In this document: piece after piece, positions 48,521-63,177 of the stretch
Layout of the letters: every line of letters starts with the position of its first letter
How positions within the stretch are numbered: the first letter of the stretch is position 1
Source of the DNA: Peribolospora baueri
Lineage: Eukaryota
DNA length: 64,000 nucleotides
Direction: 5' to 3'
NCBI GenBank assembly: GCA_029717555.1
Contig: JAMDHS010000025.1
Coordinates: 124,001 to 188,000, forward strand
The notes under the pieces: generated by a model
Told to the model about the DNA's origin: nothing
The model's database searches: none
What the model saw: the letters and a program-made list of their open reading frames with translations, nothing else
Program-made: the position numbers and the translations under genes

Positions 48521-50105
48521 TTAGGCGCTCTTAGCCTTGGCCTCCTTCTGCTCGTCGATCGTCTTGAAGTACATGGGCTGGCCACCGTTGTCGGTGAACA
48601 CCTTGAACTGGTCTTGAGGCACGCCGAGCTCTATAAGCTTGGCGAACGCGGCGGAGAAGCTGAGCAACGATTTAAAAAAAAGCAGACGTGAGCAACGTCG
48701 ATTCAAATCGAACGCACGAAGGTTCGATTTGGAACCACAACCTGTACTCACTCCTTGAACCAAGCGTCCTGGTTGTCGGCGTACAGCTTGGACCACTTCC
48801 TGAAGCTCTTGTCCTGGACGAGGGCCATGTCCGCAATGAGCATCATCAGGGAGCGGGTGTTCTTGTCCTCGTACTGCTTGGGGCCGTCCCACTTCTTCAT
48901 CTGCCACTTCTCGTCAAAGAGTAGCTTGTAGAAGTCGTTCGTCACGGTGGTGGGAGAGAAGGTCCAAGGGCCGTCAAAGCCGGAGCGGTCGCTGTGGCAG
49001 CGGCCCACTGCGTGCGCGCCGATGAGCGCCACCATCTCCTGGTCATTGAATCCCATCCTGCCGAAAATAGCACGCACGTGGTCCGCGCCTGACATGGGGA
49101 AGAAAAATAAGAGGGGTTAAGTCAGCGGCGAGTGCGTAGTGCGATGTTTGCTGCTATCGCAAACGCAGATGCACGTGACTGCACGACACTCACCCTTGTC
49201 GCCGTCGGGTAGACGACCATCAGGAGTGCACTTTTCGGCCGAACCGTCAATACGGCCGGGCCTCCAGGGGATCTTGGGACCCTGCAGCTCCTGAACGGCA
49301 CAGACGCCACCAAGGGTCCAGAGGTCGCCGTAGGAGATCCAGGGGAACTGTTCCTTGATGCCCTCCATCAACTTGCGAGCGACAATGAGACCGGCGTTGG
49401 CACCGTGGTCGGACTCGGGCGCAAAACGCATGGTGGCGGCGTTGGAACCGCCAGTGTTCGTGTTCTTGTCGTAAGTGCCCGAAGAGTGCCAGGCGAGACG
49501 GAGAAGGACAGGACCATAGGAATCGTCGTCGTAGTCATCGGCCTCGAGGATCTGCAAGAGCGAAGACGGAAGGTGGCCATAGCGACGAAGACGAACAGAG
49601 GATGGACAGTGATGAGAGACAAGGTCAATCCCACCGTATATATGTAGGCGTAAGTCGCCATCAGACATATAGCAGCTGGATAATCCCCAAGCATCCTTAC
49701 AACTCCGCGACTCACCTCAGCGACGGCGTTGTACACCTGCTGGTAGTCCTTCTTGGCGCCGTACTTGAGACCAGGGGCGAGAGAGTGAACCGGCTTCTTG
49801 TCCGAGCCCTTGTTGCCGAGCGTCAATTGCTTAGAATCTTTGTCCTGGCTCAGGAACCAGTAAGCGAGACCACCGAGGGCAACAAGCGAGGGCACGAGCA
49901 CCTTGAGCGTGCTGTTGTTGCCTTGAGGCGAAGGCGGGGGCGTCGCGCCCGGGGCTGGGCCCGAGGCGAAGCCGCGACGAGGGGCAGCGGAGCGGAGCGA
50001 AGCGGTGCGCTCAGCGCTGACTCGGAAAGAAGGAGTAGCCGAGCGGGCAAAAGTGCGCGCAGAGGTGGCGGGCAGCCGGGCGAAAGAGGTGCGAAGAGCG
50101 GCCAT
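48521..50105 (-). CDS. CCP1: mitochondrial cytochrome c peroxidase
   Basis: Presequence plus TM segment; [17 protein letters not shown] (distal R/W/H), [28 protein letters not shown] (proximal His), [16 protein letters not shown]. Confidence 0.96.
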
Positions 50106-50353
50106 GGCGAATGTGGAGGTGTGGAGGTGGAGGTGTGGAGGTGGCAAAGCAGTAGAGTAATGTAATGTATCCGACTACGTCTATATCGTCTACGTCTAGC
50201 GACCCGAGTCTAGGTGTCTGCGACGAGCAAGTGTTAACACGAAGGAGGAGCGATCAGGATGTGGAGGGGGTGGTGGAGGGGGCCAAGTAGGAAGAACGTC
50301 ACGGAACGCGCTTTATGGCTCGGGCCAGCCTCACTCCGAGATAGCGCGGCACA

Positions 50354-50365
50354 GGCTAGGGTTAC
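50354..50365 (-). promoter_or_regulatory. telobox-like element GTAACCCTAGCC upstream of CCP1
   Basis: Identical 12-mer also at 60719-60730 upstream of MPC1; CACGTG nearby at 50379 and 50405. Confidence 0.4.
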
Positions 50366-50725
50366 GGAAGAACCGAAGCACGTGGACTCATCTTTCCGAA
50401 TTTGCACGTGATTCGAACCTATTCCTCTTCCATGCTCTATGGCATCTCGTCGACGGTCGGTCGCTTTTGCAAGTTAACCCTGTCATGCCGTGACGTCTGG
50501 CAGCGTCCAGTCTTCTCGGGCCAGCTTCGAACAGTGGTGAGAGTCGACCGAAAGCGTATGAGAGTTTCCGGAGTGCGCCACGCGACGGACTCTTATGACG
50601 AGCACGTAGTTCGAATTCGTACCTCTATTAAATATACTTCCCAGCTATTTCCAATTCCAGCGACGAAATACTGATTTTAGATGACAAGCCAAGAAGACGG
50701 ATGGGCGTCCTTCTATCGAATCGCG

Positions 50726-53025
50726 TCAAACGCTAGCCGTTCCAACGCCAGTCTCGCCGTTCCTCTTCTTCGCTTCGCTCTCTCTCCACCGGCCAACCTC
50801 TCTAGCGACGACATCCTTCGTCGCCGCCGCCAACCCGTCCGCCTCGCCCGTCCGACGAACGTCGATGACCCTGCGCTTCTTGTCGAGCAAGCCGACGAAC
50901 TCCTTCGGGAGCACGTCACGCTCAAAGTCAAAAGTCGCGTGCGAGGAGAGCGAAGAGGTGACCGCCTCGGAGAACTTGGCCGGGTGGGCCGTCGAGAGCA
51001 CGATCTGCTTCGTCCCGGCCGGGCTGTTCGGTCGTGTAGCCAAAATAATAATAACGATACGTAAGAATCCGTTCGTCCGTCAGTCGCCGTTATGCATTCC
51101 CCGATAGGCAAAAGCCAAAGAAAAAGACGAGCACGCATCGCGATCATAAGTGTGGTACGCACTTCTTCATGGCCATCCTCGACGCGGCCTCAAGTCCGAC
51201 GGCCGTGTGCGGGTCGACGACGTAGTGGGAGGCAGAGTTAAAGTAGCGTTCGATGGTCGCGCGAGTCTGCGTATACCCGATCGCGGTTGGCATGAATGCG
51301 ATCAATGGTCGAAGTCAGCCGGTGGGGGGACGGGAAGAATGAGTGAGCGAAGAACTGATCGAATCCAACTCTCCCTAAAATGGCCAAATCCAGGACGGAA
51401 TGGTGGATGGACGGGCGGCTCACCTCCTCGTTCGATACGCGCTCTGCCTCAAAGTCCCTCCTGGCGAGTTCGAGCACCCGTGCAGGCATCGCGACCTTGC
51501 CCTTGACCTTCACTTCGTCCATCCACTCCTTGACCGCTGCACCTGCCTTGGCTATGTCGTCTCCGGAAGCCTCGTAGGCGAGGTGCCAGAGCAGCCTCTC
51601 GAAGTTGGACGAGACGAGGATGTCCATCGCTGGGCTCAGTGTCGCCTGCACTCCACCGGAAGAGGAAGAGGCTGAGCGCTGCTCTCCGTCTGAGCTCCCG
51701 TTCGCTACCGCCGTTTGGGCTGCCTGTCCTTCGGAAACACTCGAGTCCGACTTTTCGTACCTGCCCGTGCGCCAGAAGCGGGTGAGGATGTCGTTGGCGT
51801 TCGTCGCGACCACCATCTTGGCCGACGGCAGACCGAGCCGCTTGGCGTAGTATCCGGCGAGGATGTCGCCAAAGTTGCCCGTCGGCACGGCGTACTGAAT
51901 CGGAGGCGTCGGATCGGAAGCAGAGAGACCGAGCTTGCGGCGGATGGCGAAGTAGGAGTGGAAATAGTACACGATCTGCGCGCAGATGCGGGCCCAGTTA
52001 ATCGAGTTAACCGCTCCGAGGTGGTACTGGGCGTTGAAGGCCGTGTCGTTGAAGAGCGATTTGACCGTGTCCTGAGAGTCGAATCGAGGCCAGCCGAAGA
52101 GACGCAAACGGTCAGCATCGCAGATGGACCAAGTCACGATGGCCTCACTCACCTGGCAGTCATCGAACGTGCCCTCAACGGCCAAGTTGTACACGTTGTC
52201 GTCCAGCACAGTTGTCATCTGCGCCTCTTGAATGGGGCTCACCCGGCCCTTGGGGTGAAGGATAAAGATGGAAATGTCGGCCTTGGAGCGTAGGCCGTAA
52301 ATTGCGGCGCTATATGTATGTGTGTGTTGAGGGATCCAAGTATGGCGTCAGCATGCGCGGATCGTCTCCGACGAGGCGGTAAGAGGAACACTTTTGGGGC
52401 TCACCTTCCCGTATCGCCGCTCGTAGCGCCGACGACGGTGAGCGTCTCCCTTTCCTCGCCCTCTCCCTTGCGCGCGTTCCTCCTCTTCAAAAAGTACTCG
52501 AACAAGTTGCCCAAGAACTGTAGCGCCACGTCCTTAAACGCGAACGTGGGGCCGTGCCAGAGCTCGAGGACCCACTGGCGCTTGCCCTGGCCGAGGTCGA
52601 GCTCGCGCAGGGGGGTAACGTCGGGCTGGGCACGGAAGGTGGCGTAGGATCGGTCGATGATGTCCTTGAGGTCCGATCGGGACACCTCAGATTCGGGGAC
52701 GAAGAGCGAAATCAGCTCAAGCGCCAGCGAGGCGTACGGGAGGTCGGCCCATCGCGTCTGCCAGTCCGAGGGGAGGGAAGGCAGCGTGGCGGGGATGTAC
52801 AGGCCGCCATCTGGGGCCAGGCCGGTGAGAATGGTCTGTACGTGAGGTTTTCAAGCCCAGACAAAGAGGGAAACAATTAGTGAATCGGAAAAGAGGGTGG
52901 CGAACCATGAAGAAGCGACCTCCAAAACCCGCCACCGACGGAGCGAGGAGGGTAACGACCGGGACGCTCACCTCCTCAAATGAGAGGGTCTGGCTACCGT
53001 CGCCGCGGGTCGAGAGGTACCGCAT
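50726..53025 (-). CDS. THR4: threonine synthase (PLP-dependent)
   Basis: MRYLSTRG, GLAPDGGLYIP, LELWHGPTFAFKDVALQ (PLP lysine), GATSGDTG, AVNSINWARI, VPTGNFGDILAG, LSPAMDILVSSNFERLLW, LSTAHPAKF. Confidence 0.97.
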
Positions 53026-53590
53026 CGTTTCGCCCGTTAAAGGTCAATGGATGGTGTTCGAAGATCTCGGGGTATCGCTTCGAAGTTTCCTCCCTGTCTT
53101 TGTACGATCGTCTCCGAGCGAGGGGCCGGTCCTATGTCGCTGGGGGACGAAAAATTGGATTAGGCTGGAGAAGTGGAGGAGTGGATGGTTCGGAGGGGGC
53201 TTGGCTTGCGGTCGAAGGAGGAAGCGAGCGGACAGACGGTGGACGGCGAGGCAGCAGCGTAGCGTAAGAGAAGCGAACGTAGTTGCGCTGCCTGAGACGA
53301 AACAGGCAGGCAGGTTCCGGTCCTCATCCGTTCGGAGTCAGTGATCAGCCGATTTCTTCTCGTCTGTCCCGCGCACGTGACCCGATCTTCCTGTCGCTCT
53401 CCGTGAGTCCCCAGTCTCTCTAACTCGGCCAAGGCTGGTTTGCAAACAAACCATCCATGTCGGCAAGGCCCCACTAGCACGACACGCTCCTCGGAAGGAG
53501 CCATGTTAAGTGGGTGCCGCACGACACAAAACTCGGACACATAGATCTAATCCTCAAACTTCGTTCGCTGCGTACATTTTTTTTCCTGGG

Positions 53591-56500
53591 CTAAGCACGC
53601 AGCCCCGAAGACGGCGACGACAGGACCTGGGTCGCCGCATCGACGTCTCGTCTCGTCTCTTCCGTGCTCGGGGTGTCCTCCGACGTCTTTTCCTGCTCCT
53701 CGACGCCCACGGTAGCCTGGGAGCGCCACATGTCAGCGTAGAGCCCGTCGGCTTGCATCAGTGATGCATGATTGCCTTCCTCCGCTACACCACCACCTTG
53801 GAGGACGATGATCTTGTCTGTGGGCCAGCGGTGAAGGTGACGCAGACGAAGGGATCAGCCGTGACGTCCATAGACCTTACCGCACCTGGAACGCTCCACT
53901 CCCGGAACAAAGTGGATGGGCATGGGTAGTTCATAAAAAAAAGTAGACTCACCAGCGTCGGTAACGGTGCGTAATCGGTGGGCGACGAAGATGGACGTCC
54001 GTTTGCGGTCGAGGAGGGTGGTGTTGATGTTGCGCATCAAGTCTGTCTCTGTATAGGTATCCAGAGCCGACGTCTGGGAAGCGGGAAATCAACGCGTGGA
54101 GAGTTGATACGTCCTCCAGTCAGCTTTCCCGTACCTTTCACGGTCGACCAGGGACAAAGGGAAATCGAGCGGGGAAAGACTTGAACGAAAGCTAGAAGAG
54201 CAAAGGAGGAACTCACAGCCTCGTCGAAGAACAGCACCGGGGGATCCTTCAACAACAATCTCGCGACGGCGAGTCTCTGCTTCTCTCCTCCAGATATCAT
54301 CATCCCCCTCTCTCCGACCTTGGTATCGAATCCATCCGGCAAGCTCCGAACCACTTCGTCCACCTTGGCCTTGCGCGCGGCCTCGTCCACCTCGGCGTCC
54401 GACGCACTCAGGTTGCCGTACCGGATGTTGTGCCGTATGTCTGCGTTGAAGAGCGGCGTGTCCTGCGGCACGACCCCGATCGCTCTCCGCAGGCTCTCGA
54501 GCTCCAGCTCGCGCACGTCCTGGCCGTCGATGAGGATCCTCCCACTGGAGGGCTCATAGAAGCGGAAGAGGAGACGGAACACCGTTGACTTTCCGCACCC
54601 GCTTGATCCCACGATCGCCGTCTTTTGGCCGGCCGGAATGGTGAAGCTGATGTCCTTGAAGATCGGCCGCACAGGATGGTAGCCGAAGGTGACGTTCTCG
54701 AACCGAATCTCGCCACCTTTGAACACGTAAGGCTTGGCGTTAGGGCCGTCCGTGATGTTGATATGTTGCGACTCAAGGTTGAACATCGTCTGCATGTCGA
54801 TCAGCGATTGTCTCAACTCGCGGTAAACCGTGCCGAGAAAGTTGAGTGGGAGAGAGAGCTGGAAGACAAGTTGATTGACCATGACGAGGTCGCCCACGGT
54901 CATCGTTCCTGATGGCGTAGGCGCACAGAAGAGGTTATTCTGTGAACAGATGGACGATCCCGCGCTCTTCACTGGCCTTGACTCACCGTTGACGACGCCC
55001 TGGGCGGCGAGGAACATCATGATCGTCAATGCGCTGCTGAAGATGACGTTTTGTCCCGAGTTCAACATGGCCAAACTCGTCGCGACTTTGATGCTGGCCT
55101 TCTCGTAGGCGCTCAAGGCGCTGTCGTATTGTTTCACTTCGTATTTCTCATTGTTGAAATACTGCAAGACGCACCCGGTTGGAGGCGCGCACAAATGAAG
55201 GCAAAACACCTAGATCAGGGACATGTGCGCTTAGCTTCTACACCAAAATAACGCTCATACCTTGACGGCCTCGTAGTTGAGCAACGAGTCCAAACTAGTT
55301 GTGGCCGCGCGGTTGTCAGCGGCGTTCGCCTCCTTACGGAATTGCGTCCTCCAAGCCGTGGTGCGTACGGTGTACCAGGTGTACGCAAGCATCGTGGCCA
55401 CCGTAACCCCAGCGAAGCTGCCGCCAAACTTGTAGCTCTGGATTGGTGCGGTCAGACAAAGCGCATTAGACCGCACGTCAAGCTCGACAAACTCACATCA
55501 AACTGAATAATGAACACTGATTTGCTTACCAGAATACCGCAGACCATTCCAATTTCGAGCGCGGTCGGTACTACATGGAAGACGATCGACGAGAGGAGGA
55601 AGGAAATGCCTCTAGGACCGGGTATGAAGTCGAGCAAGCAGACACAAGCACGATCAGCGTGCATTCATCTCCCAGCTGACTGTCATTAGGCGTGCCCACC
55701 CCAAGGACTCACTTCGTACCGCGGTCGATCGCCTTTGTCAGGCCACCAGTCTGCCGACTGAGGTGCCATTGCAGGTCGAGATTGAGCAAATGGGTGAACA
55801 CGTTCCTCGCTACACGTCGGATCGAGCTCTGAGCGACGTTGGCGAATACGGCATTTCGAAGTTCCGAGAAAAGAGTGGAGCCAATTCGAGCCGCGCCGTC
55901 TACGGCGTAAAACCCGAGGGACAATCGGGAAATGAGCACGAGGATCAATGGAACTAGATAAGTGCGCTCGAAGCAGACAGGGTGAACAGAGACACTCACA
56001 ACCGAGGATGACGGCTCCAGCAACAACCCATGCGGTGTTGGGGTTGGAAAAGTCTAGAGGCTGGTTGGCCAATTCGGACAGCGAGTCGACGATCGATTTG
56101 AAGAAAAACGGCACTTGGACGTTGAGGATCTGCGCATGGATCGGTAGACGAAGTTGTCCAGGTCAGACCGTACGGCGAGCGCACTTCTACATCTCCTTCA
56201 TTAGTTTGGCACCCACTACTTGCTCACCTTTCCGCCGACAAGCAAAAGTAGTGCAGCGATGACCCTCGCCTTTGTCTTCCAATCGTTCCTCGGCCAGATA
56301 TTAACGATGAGTTTCTTGATAATGCTCCAGTCCATCTTGCGTTGTTCCTTGTGGCTCACGTCCTTGGCCGAGTCAACGTCCATGGCTGGAGAGCCCGGTG
56401 TTGGCTTGGCGGTGGCGGCCTGGCCAGGTGCCTGGACAGTCTCGCCCGGCTTCTGCACGGCAGAGGTGGGCGAAGGTGGCGTTGGTCGGGACGAAGAGGT

Positions 56501-56921
56501 GGGAGAAGCACCGTCCTGTTGAGCAAGGTGTCGGTAGAAGCGTCGCAAAATGAGGGGGGAGAGCACGCTTGACGATAATTGAAGACGCGAAGAAGCATCG
56601 AGGATAGAGAGCGGGAACAATGTTGGAGGATGATCGGTGCGCGTCCCAAAGAGCTGACCGTCCCTCCAGGACGGTCCACGTTGGGTTGAGTAACAGCAAC
56701 AGAACGATTGCTAAAGTGAAGTATGAAGAAAAAGAGGCGCAGTGATATGTTTGAGTCCCGTCCTTTCCAGTCCTTGTCGCCCGCCCACTCACCCGAGCAG
56801 GGTCAAAGCCAGCCTTGGCCCATCGTGAGCCCTCCCAACCTGCCGCTCCTCCAGGTCGGCCACCCAACTCGAGACGGGCGCCAGCGAGAAGCCGTCCGGC
56901 TGCTGTGCGTGAGAGCGACAT
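53591..56921 (-). CDS. ATM1: mitochondrial ABC half-transporter Atm1/ABCB7
   Basis: [62 protein letters not shown], Walker [10 protein letters not shown], signature [22 protein letters not shown]. Confidence 0.97.
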
Positions 56922-57177
56922 GATCGCTCACTCTCCACTCGACATGCGAAGGGCAAGCGAGAAGGAAGGAAGACGGTAAGAGTGGTGGAAGGTGGTCGAG
57001 TCAAGCCGAGCCGAGCCGAGGTCCGGCGGTTGCCCTTACTGGTGAAGATCGCCGCAGTCATCGGGCTTATCGGGCTGGGATGATCAGCATCCGACCTTGC
57101 GCAACTCAGACGACCCATCGCTCCACCATCCCGTCACCTTATCCACAACCCTTCTACATCAACTGCCCCCTCGAGAC

Positions 57178-58795
<1,618 letters not shown>

Positions 58796-59115
58796 ACAAT
58801 GACGTGTCCGTGACCGGCCGGGCCAACTGGGCTGATCCTCGTGCCAACCTCCTTAATATTTGGCGGCCGGGCGGTAGGGTTCATTATTCTTTCGCTCGAT
58901 ATACGTCGTATGAAGTTCAGTCCTCTAAAGATACCTCGGGACAGCCCATGTTTTCGTTCGGTGGGCGTGATTGGTTAACCAAATCGAACCAGAAAACCGC
59001 ACGATTCCATATTTGTGCGTCCTTCGCATTATGGTCACGAGATTGGATTGACCTGACCCTCTTTCCTTTCCCTTTCGAATCCCTCGCCGCCACGGCTCGT
59101 TCTGCTCTCGCGCAG

Positions 59116-60564
59116 TCAAGCTCTCCAGAGTCTCCACCCATGTACCGTGCTGCGGACTTGCTCGTCGCCGGGGTCCTCTGGGAACATTGGCTGAGCGTTA
59201 GGAAGAGGATAAAGAGAGTGACGACGTGTGATCAGTAGTCAGTGCGAGCGCAAACACATCCATACGCGATCTGATCATGTCCCAGGCTAGCTTTACATTC
59301 GCTCACTTCGAACTTCTCCTCGACGACCTTCTCCATTTTCCACCCCCTTTGTCTGGCCAGCTCGAAGAATCCCATGTCTCTGTGTGCCAGATGTGGCCGG
59401 TGGTGAGTGTAGAAGACGAGTAGGCATGGTGTTTGAGCTACTGAGAGAGAGGGGGAGGAGGGCGCAGGTCTGCCGAGACAGGCTTCGCACGTGTCAAGTA
59501 AGGCGGGGTGGGCAGAGTGGTTGAAGACGAGGTCCGACATGATGATCAGGTCGAATCCGTCAGTGTGTTGCGGCCCCTTTCGTTCTCCTGTTGGTGGCGC
59601 GGTAGTTTGTTGGTGCAGCGATGACGCGGAGGGGCCTGGGAGAGGATAAAGCAGAGGAGAAGTATCTGCACCCCAGATGTAGCCCTGCAGACAATCGGGA
59701 GAGAATATACAGGGAGAAACGATGTAGATGGAAGGAATGAGCAGGTGAAACTGACTCTGTTGCCACCGGGTGAGTAGGCCCGTGAAGGAGAAAGGCTTTC
59801 TAGCTCACCACAACTTCGACCGTTCCTGGTGTCTGTCCTTCACCAAAGTTCACTGGCTCCCTTGCAACGCTCGAGTCCTTGAAATCAACTCCGTCCGACG
59901 TCTCCTTCTTCGCCTCAAAGTCCTTTCCATCATATCGCACAGAAACTCTCGGGGACAAGTTGGAGCGGAGGTTGGTAGCAAGATTGATGAGTAGAGGGGC
60001 GTCCGGGTAGTCAGTGGAGACGAGCTGTGCCGGAGTACAGTCGTGAGTGCGATTTGCAAATATCAGGATCGCCACCGCCTTCGCCCTTGCCCTGGACGTT
60101 TAAACCCACCAAGTCAGCTCCCGTCCCGGCGGCCACCAAACCGGGTAACCCTGCACCCGCGCCCAGCTCCAGCACACGCTTTCCAGTAGCCAGCTGTTGT
60201 GCGTTGAGTTCGATGTAGCTGGCGAAGGACCGCGCGGCGTTCCAGAGGTGGTGGGCCCACAAAGGGTGGGAGCCTACGAGACCGAGGGTGAGCTCCTGGC
60301 CGGAGAGAAAGGAGGGAAAGCCTGACGATAGGGACGAAGAGGCGGGGGATAAGGTGTAGGTGACCGTTGTCGGGGGAGGTGTCGGCGGTCTAAAATCGCT
60401 TGGCTCCTTTAAGAAGCGACACAAGATAGAGAGATAGGTGAGAGAGCGTGGGAGACAAGCCATACAGCCGTTGCTTCCAGAGGGGAAGCATTGGCACTGA
60501 GGTGTCGGCTCACCTCAAACATGCCCACCGACAGCTCTACTCCGTCTGAGCCGGAATCCGACAT
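59116..60564 (-). CDS. EFM7: protein N-terminal/lysine methyltransferase Efm7 (Nnt1; METTL21-like family 16)
   Basis: LVGSHPLWAHHLWNAA, KRVLELGAGAGLP, VSTDYPD, GYIWG, FDLIIMSDLVFNH, FYTHHRP, PMFPEDPGDEQVRSTVHGW. Confidence 0.93.
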
Positions 60565-60708
60565 GGTCTCCTTTATATTCTAGCCTTTCTTCCTCGCCTT
60601 TCGTCCCCTGTAGTTATAGATATCTCTCGTTCTCGTTGTGAATATACGCCCATGACCAGGTCTTCAACGCACGGCCCTCCATGCAACCGCAGCAAGAAGA
60701 CTTTGGTG

Positions 60709-60730
60709 CACGTGACATGTAACCCTAGCC
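60709..60730 (+). promoter_or_regulatory. CACGTGA E-box next to telobox-like GTAACCCTAGCC in the EFM7/MPC1 bidirectional promoter
   Basis: Sequence reads CACGTGACATGTAACCCTAGCC, about 130 bp upstream of the MPC1 ATG. Confidence 0.45.
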
Positions 60731-60862
60731 CTCACAGCAAGGCGGGCCGAGCGGAGTGATTTACGACGGGCTGCAATCTCGACCGTCATCTGCCTCCACT
60801 TCCTTTCGCCTCCCCTATCAAAGAATACGGGAAGATACTAGGTGACGTCGTCCGCTGGCACG

Positions 60863-61974
60863 ATGGCGTCTACATTCATTAACTGGCTCAAGTCGCCTGC
60901 GGCAAGGAGCTACTTCTTCGTAAGCACTCTGTTTGCTCGGCATTGGGGGCGAGGGATGGATAGAACGGGTCGGATCGCAGACGGCTTCGAGGTCTCGAGT
61001 GATATTTTCTGAAGTGTTGATTCCTAATTTATTTTCCCCTCTCCTTGGCGTACGCTTGCTCTTTGCTTTCTGAAGTCCACCCACTTTTGGGGCCCCCTCG
61101 CAAACTGGGGTCTGCCTCTGGCCGCGCTGGCTGACGTCCGGAAGGAAGAGGAAATCATTTCGGGTCCCATGACGCTTGCTTTGGGCTCTTACTCGTGAGT
61201 TTCAGCGCGTTGTTGCATGGTAGCTCTGCTGGATACTGCTTTCTGTGGCCGTCCCTCGGTCGCTCGTCTCTCCGAGTTTGGCCTTTCGTGCATGGCTGGT
61301 CAGATGGCTATGACGAACGCATTCGACTGGGGTCAATGCTAAATTTTATTTGGCCTTCATCTATTTATTCGGACAACCCAGGCTTGTCTTCATGCGATTC
61401 GGTGAGTCGTTCGTCTTGATGCCTATTAGATCGCGTGCCGAAACTCCACAAAATGCTCAGCTCACCCGGCTCTTTCATTCTTTCTGCACCTGCTCGTCAT
61501 CTCCCAAATTGATCAGCCTGGAGGGTCATCCCGCGCAACTATCTCCTTCTCGCCTGTCACACCACCAACGCCACCGCGCAGGTGATTCAGGGCGGGCGGT
61601 TGTGAGTTTTTATACTTCTTTGCGTGCTTTTTGCCTCTGCTTTTAGCGTTGTAGGACGAGAGGGCGACGGTGGTGCGAGGAGATAGAGGAGACAACTGGT
61701 GCTCAACGTTGCTCGAAGAGTGGAAGACGCGCCTGCTATACGGGGATGGGAAGAAACGTGAGATGACTGATGTCGCTTTTATTCCGACCTTGGCCTCGTA
61801 CTTCAGTATCAACTACCACTAGTGAGTACAAGCCCTTTTTTCGCCTTGCCAATTTTCGAATCGACCCTATCTGACTCTTTCTTCCATCCTGCTTTGTCAT
61901 TTGTCTCCAATAGCATGGGTGGCAAGGAGCGGAAACCTGCACAAGAGACATCGCCATCCGCTGTGCCGTCATGA
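60863..61974 (+). CDS. MPC1: mitochondrial pyruvate carrier 1, 6 small exons (absent from the ORF track)
   Basis: Spliced protein [106 protein letters not shown].. Confidence 0.95.
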
Positions 61975-62792
61975 GTTCCCCTCCTCTACGCGGCACCCTC
62001 TTCCACCCCTTGTCCTATTCCATTGCGGCGGTATCTCGGACCTTTATGCGCACAGACGACCGCAAGAGCTGTACTCTACTCGAGTGGACCTGGAACCGTT
62101 ACCGATTGTGGCGCTTATTGTTTTCGAGGTCCGACCTTTTTGGTTGGCCGAGTGCTTCTATCTGTGAAGGACAGACAGCATCAAATCGCTGAGCAGGATC
62201 CAGCCAACGAGACCCTTCAAACGATGCCGATGATGGGGCTCAGAGTGTGGCGACCAGGTTCGTCTCTCCACGTTCGTGATATTCATGCCAATATCGACCC
62301 GCAAGCGGTCAATGCTACTACAGGGCCGTAGAGCATGGAGGTGTGACGATGTGGATTGGACAGCAACGTTGCCCAGAGTCTGTGTGAGGTCCTCGTCAAC
62401 GTCGGCCGAGTCTGGAGGCACTCTCCTCCTCGACCTCAGCCCTTCACCGAGCTCCTGTGTTCACGTCGAAATAGTTTGGCTTGCTATGGGTCGGTGGTTG
62501 AACAGCCATTAACACATCCTTCCATCGTTGCGCAATTGTCAACACACAAAATGGACGTTCCTGGAGGAGAATCCTCCTGCTCGGCTATCTTCGCATACCT
62601 TCAGAGCTCTAGCTCCTCTGCGCGGATGAGGACGATATTTTAGACACTCGTCCATCCGCGCATCCTAACGTATATGTGAGCGTTTGATGACTCTTCTGTC
62701 TCCTTCATCCAGCCAACCCTTCGTTTCCGTCTCCGTCCAGCGTCAGATGCTTAGCTGCTAGCCTCCCGCCCTCGTTCACTTAATCCCTCGGC

Positions 62793-63177
62793 CTACGAGG
62801 ACATCAAGCCTGACGACTCTTCGCGCGCTTTTGCCGGCCCTTGGTGGTGCCGTTTCTTTGCCGACGTTGCCAAGGAGGAAGAGCGGACGACTTGTGGGAA
62901 GTCAGGATGGGTTTTGACGTGGATCGGGGTCAGACGCGAGAATAGAGGGAGAAAACGAGCGATGGTTTGATCAGGGCTAACGTCGTTCCGACTTCCCTTT
63001 TGCATTCCAAAGCCCAGAACGACATGCAGACGCAATCGCTCACCTCTACGTTCGGCCGCGACGACGGCGCCGCATGTGACAGCAACCTCGTCACGTTCTT
63101 CCACTGTCTTGTCTTTCGCATCCCTCGCGTCCTGGAGAGGGAGAGGATCGACGGCGGCAGCCAGGGCCTTCACCATG
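62793..63177 (-). CDS. possible small spliced orphan protein (MVKALAAAVDPLP...), or a noncoding spliced transcript
   Basis: Minus-strand GTAAGC donor (~63345) and GTGAGC donor (~63043) with pyrimidine-rich acceptors; no recognisable domain. Confidence 0.3.

Noticed and set aside
59060..59095. tRNA T-loop-like TTCGAATCC
   Set aside because: The flanks do not form a T-stem or cloverleaf; the site lies in the EFM7/PhyH 3' region.
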